Source of the DNA: Propionibacteriaceae bacterium
Lineage (GTDB): Bacteria; Actinomycetota; Actinomycetes; Propionibacteriales; Propionibacteriaceae
Assembly: GCA_031256725.1 (NCBI GenBank)
Contig: JAIRQE010000006.1
Span: forward strand, 120,001 to 152,000
Direction: 5' to 3'
DNA: 32,000 nt
Below are positions 27,679 through 32,000 of this stretch, piece after piece; the first letter of the stretch is position 1; each line of letters begins with the position of its first letter. The position numbers and the translations under genes were made by a program. Under the pieces are notes generated by a model. That model saw only the letters and a list, made by a program, of their open reading frames with translations. It ran no database searches and was not told the DNA's origin.

Positions 27679-30600
27679 ATGAACGCACACACTACTATTC
27701 TATTTTCAAAATCTGTTCTAGTCAGAATTCTGGCTTTCACTATGCTGCTCCTTGCCATTGGGATTGGGGTTCAGCCTCCTGCTGCTTTCGCTGATCTAGG
27801 GTCAGACTTGTGGGCAAAAAACGTTGGCGATACCTACAGCGTAGATGGGTACACCTTTGTCATCTTGAAAAAGCAGACTGTTGATGGGAAGCAAGCAGTC
27901 ATGATCATGCCACGTGGGGATTTCTTTCCTCAGCAATCGTGGAGCAGTACGAGCAACAATTACGAAGGATCTGACATCCAGACCGAACTGACGAAGGTCT
28001 ACAAGTCAAACAACTGGCTGCCGTCGATTAAAGCCATCACACTGGTCCCAGACCTGGGGCCTGTTAATAGCACATCCAAGGATGTCGAGACCAAGCCCAC
28101 GGGGGTCTTAGCAACATCAACAACACAAACCAAGGACATTTATTTCCTGCCCAGTTATGGTGACCTGAAAGCCTTCAACAACAACTCGATTATGAACTTA
28201 CGACCAGAATTCAAGAACTATAACGAGGGACGCTTGATGACACGTACTGCAAAGGAATCCGATACAGCAAACGTCTGTGAGGTAATCTATAAAGCTGACA
28301 CATTTTCCTGTTCAGCTCACTATTTGGCAACCATCCCAAGCAAGCAACCCACCATGTGGGTTCTGGGTGAGGCGATAACCCACTCCGCGACAATTAACTA
28401 TGTCGATACTGATGGAAATCCCATTAAGACGGCTACTATCCAAACAGTTGATCATGGCAACACACTGACCATCACCTCTCCGCCATTGATTCCTGGTTAT
28501 GACTACGAGGGTTGGAAGAACGGCTCATCGGGCGCTGTAAACACTGGAACCGTCACGATAGCGAATGTGACAGGCGACATCAGTATCTATCTTGTCTACC
28601 ATAAAAAAGCATATACCGCCGAACTGTCGGTTAATCCAGCTAGTACTACAGCGGGTTCGTTCATCACCGCCACAGTCATAGTGAAGGAGACTAACGGTTC
28701 TCCCATTGAGGGCGTGACGATTACTTTTGCCAAGAAGAGTGCGGACATCACCTTGACGACAACGACCTGTATGACTTTGGCTACTGGCTGCTCAGTTGAC
28801 GTTGTCTCGGATGTCGCCAAGACGTACCCAGATGAAATCTCAGCCACTGCCACTGTTCTTTTAGAGAATGTCGCAGTCACTGGTTCGCCTGCTACGGTCA
28901 CCTTCACTGCTGGGCCTCTCGACTACACTAGATCAAGCTTTAGTGTGGAACCAGTGGCGAAAATGGAAGATAAGACCACCTGGGTGATCGTTGGCAATTC
29001 TTATACTGGTACGCTGACTGCCAGCGATTCGTTGGGGAACCCAATCACGGACCTGGCCTTGTCAGATATTGTTTTTTCGGCGTCTTCGACAGCTGTCGAT
29101 GTGTCTGCAGTGACCAACCACGGCGATGGACGGTACACCGTTACCTACACCTCGACCAAAGCAGACAGTGCACCGACAGCTCAGGTGACATATAAGGCAG
29201 TTCAGGTGGGCAAGACTGTGCCGATTCCATTCCGCGAGTCTAAACCTGTGACATGCTCCGATCCTGATCTGGCGACGCACATCACTGCTGATCCCACCAA
29301 TTTGTTAGTCGGACAGACCTCGAAGGTAACCGCTCATGTTTCTGATGAGTACTGCAACCCGATCCCAGACTGGCCAGTGACTTTCTGGCTTACTTCAGGC
29401 AGCAATGGACAGTTGTCCGAAACCATCCAATTTACCGATGCCAACGGCAATGCGGCGGTGGCGCTCACCGATAAAACCGCAGAAACTGTCAAGGTCAATG
29501 GGTCGATTCCTACGGAAAACGGTGATTGGACTTTGCCCAATTCTCCAGTAGCAGTGACCTTCTCCACAAGTACCTTTTCGTACACCACGTCCACCTTCAC
29601 TGTGAATCCGACTGCGGTTCTGTCCGATAAGTCAACGTGGGTCCAGGTGAGTCAGCCGAATGAGGGAGGCTACTTAGGTATTCTGACAGCGAAGGATGGA
29701 TTCGGTAACCTGCTCACGGATTTGAACCTGGACGACATTGTCTTCACCGCCTCAAGTAGTGATGTGGCGATATCCACTGTGGTGAACAACCACGATGGTA
29801 CCTACTCGGTGACGTACACCTCCACAAAAGCCAGTTCGGATCCGACGGCCCAGGTGACGTACAAATCGACCCAGGTAGGTGAAAACCTGCCGATCCCCTT
29901 CAAAGCTGGTACTCCAACCGCGATATGTCAGGACCCCAAACTGGGTTCCTCGTTGACAGCTAATCCGCTCTCATTGCCGGTGGGGGAAACCTCCGAAGCG
30001 ACTGCCTATGTCACCGATGAGTTCTGCAACCCAGTGGAGGGTGTGGTGGTGACCTTTACGCTCGAACCAGGTAGTGATGCGATCCTCGTGGTGCTCACCA
30101 GCATAACCGATCCGGCTGGGAAGGCATACGCCACGCTGAGTGATGTCACCGCAGAAACTGTCCAGATCAGCGCAGCCTTCCAGGCAACACAAGGATGGGT
30201 AACGATACCAGGTTCTCCGGTGTCTGTGGAGTTCACTGACAATAAGGTCGATCCCGACAAGTCAACGGTAACTCTTGATCCTGATATTCAGGTGGTTGGT
30301 TCTCCAGTCACGGTCATCATCACTGCCCGCGATTCCAAGAATAACCCGATAACCGGGATTCCGGTATCTCAGATTCAGGTGAGTGGTATCAATGGTACGC
30401 TCTTGGCCACCGTGACGAACTGCATCGAGGTTGGCCCCTCCAAGCCGGGTGTGTACACCTGTCAGATGACAGCCCAGTTGGTCGGACCCTACACTGTGAC
30501 TGCAGTGGTGACCGCTGTGACCCTGAACCAGCATCCTGTGGCGCAATTCACCCATGGAGGGGTGTGTACAGATAACTGCACCCCTGTCGATTCGAGCCAC

Positions 30601-32000
30601 ATCACCCGCTTCGAAATGGTCACCAACGACCAACTCGCCAACGGAAAAGCCAAAGATTCCGCACGGGCTTACGCCTATGACACCTACGGTAATGAGGTGT
30701 CTGGTGCTCATGTTATCGTGATCGATGTCTCTACCGATTTACTGGCCGGTTATCTGAACCCGGCTACAGCCACTGCCACTACCGGTAGTGACGGAACTGC
30801 CCTCGTGGAGTGGACCTCCACCAAACAGGGGATCTTCACTGGGCAGGGTACTATCGACGGACTCTCTCCAGTGACCGGTATCCTGAACCAGATTCGGTTC
30901 ATTGCTGGTAAGGCTGATCCATCTCACTCAGACCTCGTAGTGAGCCCAGCCAGTCCGATCGTCGTTGGCAACAATTACACGCTGAAGGTGACGGTACGGG
31001 ACACAACCGATAATCCACTGGCTGGTGAAACGGTCAGCTTCTCAGTTGATTCGGACAATGCGATCTACTCTGAGACAACCTGCCAAACGGTCAGCGATGG
31101 TACGTGCTCAGTCACCCTAACCTCGAAGCTGGTTGGAAGTTATCAGGTGTCGGCCGCTATCCCCAACAGCACTGGTGTAGCCACCAATGTTATCGGTAGC
31201 CCAGCGATAGTGGAGTTCACTCACGGATCTGTTTGTGTATCCTCGCCGACGACACCGTGTGATCCGGTTGATCCCAGTCACATCACTCGAATCGAAGTAG
31301 ATCCCAATGGCCAGCCAGCCGATGGTAAGGCTCAAGATGTGATCAATGTGTACGCCTATGACCGCTACGGCAATCCGGTTTTGAATGCCCAGGTTGATGC
31401 AGTTGCAGCGACTGGTGTGACCTTGGCTACACCCGCCAAACCAGTGATTCAAGGTAATGGCCAGGCCATCGTGGGCTATACGTCGACGACCAAGGGCGAA
31501 TACAAGGTGGATGTGACCGTTGGTGGACTAGTTCCCAATGGTTCACCTGCAACTCTGATTTTCAGGTCAGGAACCCCGGATTGGTCGAAGTCGACTCTGA
31601 TGATCACCCCAACGTTCCCACAGGTGGTCGAGTCAATTTTCACTGTTACTGCTCATGTTGTCGATACGAACATGAATCCTGTTTCGGGTGCAGTTGTTGT
31701 CTTCCCGGCGGTCACCAATCTAGCCTTCGACGCTAGCACATGTACAACGGATGACAATGGTAACTGCTCGGTGAAGGTGACCTCCATTAAGGCCAACACT
31801 TATGTGATCAGTGCAACTGGAGACGGTCAGCCACTGGCCAATACCGTCACTGCCACCTTCACCGCAGGTGAGATCTGTATTCCAGACGATGGTTGTGTGC
31901 CCGATGCTGGTGAACCCATCAGTCGGATTGAAACTGTCGTCAATGGCGTACTGCCTGATGGAATCCAGCACGATATCTTCAAAGTTTTCGCCTATGACAA
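27679..32000 (+). CDS. Very large secreted protein with many Ig-like (Big_1/invasin-like) domains; 5' part only, the ORF runs off the window end
   Basis: This ORF is not in the supplied track. I translated codon by codon from the ATG at 27679 (RBS GGGGAGGTG) to 31998 and found no stop in 1440 codons. The signal peptide is MNAHTTILFSKSVLVRILAFTMLLLAIGIGVQPPAAFA. An N-terminal domain of about 200 aa follows, then a Listeria/Bacteroides-repeat-like segment (INYVDTDGNPI...GYDYEGW). After that come repeated Ig-like modules, for example ITATVIVKETNGSPIEGVTITF, AYAYDTYGNEV and VYAYDRYGNPV. Confidence 0.9.
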   Translation, partial: MNAHTTILFSKSVLVRILAFTMLLLAIGIGVQPPAAFADLGSDLWAKNVGDTYSVDGYTFVILKKQTVDGKQAVMIMPRGDFFPQQSWSSTSNNYEGSDIQTELTKVYKSNNWLPSIKAITLVPDLGPVNSTSKDVETKPTGVLATSTTQTKDIYFLPSYGDLKAFNNNSIMNLRPEFKNYNEGRLMTRTAKESDTANVCEVIYKADTFSCSAHYLATIPSKQPTMWVLGEAITHSATINYVDTDGNPIKTATIQTVDHGNTLTITSPPLIPGYDYEGWKNGSSGAVNTGTVTIANVTGDISIYLVYHKKAYTAELSVNPASTTAGSFITATVIVKETNGSPIEGVTITFAKKSADITLTTTTCMTLATGCSVDVVSDVAKTYPDEISATATVLLENVAVTGSPATVTFTAGPLDYTRSSFSVEPVAKMEDKTTWVIVGNSYTGTLTASDSLGNPITDLALSDIVFSASSTAVDVSAVTNHGDGRYTVTYTSTKADSAPTAQVTYKAVQVGKTVPIPFRESKPVTCSDPDLATHITADPTNLLVGQTSKVTAHVSDEYCNPIPDWPVTFWLTSGSNGQLSETIQFTDANGNAAVALTDKTAETVKVNGSIPTENGDWTLPNSPVAVTFSTSTFSYTTSTFTVNPTAVLSDKSTWVQVSQPNEGGYLGILTAKDGFGNLLTDLNLDDIVFTASSSDVAISTVVNNHDGTYSVTYTSTKASSDPTAQVTYKSTQVGENLPIPFKAGTPTAICQDPKLGSSLTANPLSLPVGETSEATAYVTDEFCNPVEGVVVTFTLEPGSDAILVVLTSITDPAGKAYATLSDVTAETVQISAAFQATQGWVTIPGSPVSVEFTDNKVDPDKSTVTLDPDIQVVGSPVTVIITARDSKNNPITGIPVSQIQVSGINGTLLATVTNCIEVGPSKPGVYTCQMTAQLVGPYTVTAVVTAVTLNQHPVAQFTHGGVCTDNCTPVDSSHITRFEMVTNDQLANGKAKDSARAYAYDTYGNEVSGAHVIVIDVSTDLLAGYLNPATATATTGSDGTALVEWTSTKQGIFTGQGTIDGLSPVTGILNQIRFIAGKADPSHSDLVVSPASPIVVGNNYTLKVTVRDTTDNPLAGETVSFSVDSDNAIYSETTCQTVSDGTCSVTLTSKLVGSYQVSAAIPNSTGVATNVIGSPAIVEFTHGSVCVSSPTTPCDPVDPSHITRIEVDPNGQPADGKAQDVINVYAYDRYGNPVLNAQVDAVAATGVTLATPAKPVIQGNGQAIVGYTSTTKGEYKVDVTVGGLVPNGSPATLIFRSGTPDWSKSTLMITPTFPQVVESIFTVTAHVVDTNMNPVSGAVVVFPAVTNLAFDASTCTTDDNGNCSVKVTSIKANTYVISATGDGQPLANTVTATFTAGEICIPDDGCVPDAGEPISRIETVVNGVLPDGIQHDIFKVFAYD

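Noticed and set aside
29718-29730. 13-nt match (GGATTTGAACCTG) to the T-arm region of the tRNA-Pro gene, a possible distal att site
   Set aside because: It lies inside the open reading frame of the surface protein and covers only the T-loop and stem, not the acceptor end. It would also imply an island on the 5' side of the tRNA that contains core xyl genes. I treat it as coincidence.
28211-31971. About a dozen short minus-strand ORFs listed in the track
   Set aside because: All are antisense to the uninterrupted + strand ORF of more than 1440 codons that starts at 27679.

Overview
The window looks like an actinobacterial chromosome segment with three parts. (1) Positions 1 to about 12,668 are the integrase-proximal part of a lower-GC island inserted at the 3' end of a tRNA-Pro(GGG) gene (12669-12742, minus strand). 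An integrase and excisionase sit next to the tRNA. The cargo is a string of defence-type modules: a VbhA/Fic-like toxin-antitoxin pair; an AAA ATPase plus RloB-like pair (AbiL-type architecture); a translationally coupled pair made of a classical AAA+ unfoldase with a novel beta-rich N-domain and a 440-aa uncharacterised partner, possibly with a membrane-anchored beta-sandwich protein; an ISL3 transposase remnant; and a DUF262/DUF1524 (GmrSD-type) enzyme with a RAMA-like tail. The AAA+/440-aa cassette is my best candidate for a poorly described or undescribed system. (2) Positions 12,743 to 16,860 hold tRNA-3'-end-derived iterons and a large NACHT/STAND NTPase gene. That gene is split into two ORFs by a perfect 13-bp tandem duplication. 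(3) Positions 16,969 to 27,348 are core xylose/monosaccharide metabolism: two ROK regulators, xylA, xylB, an orphan ABC ATPase and a ChvE/GguAB-type ABC transporter. After this comes a very large open-ended + strand ORF (27679 to beyond 32000, more than 1440 codons). The supplied ORF track does not list it. It encodes a secreted protein with many Ig-like domains. I saw no CRISPR array and no rRNA. All family assignments come from motif recognition by eye, and no database search was run.
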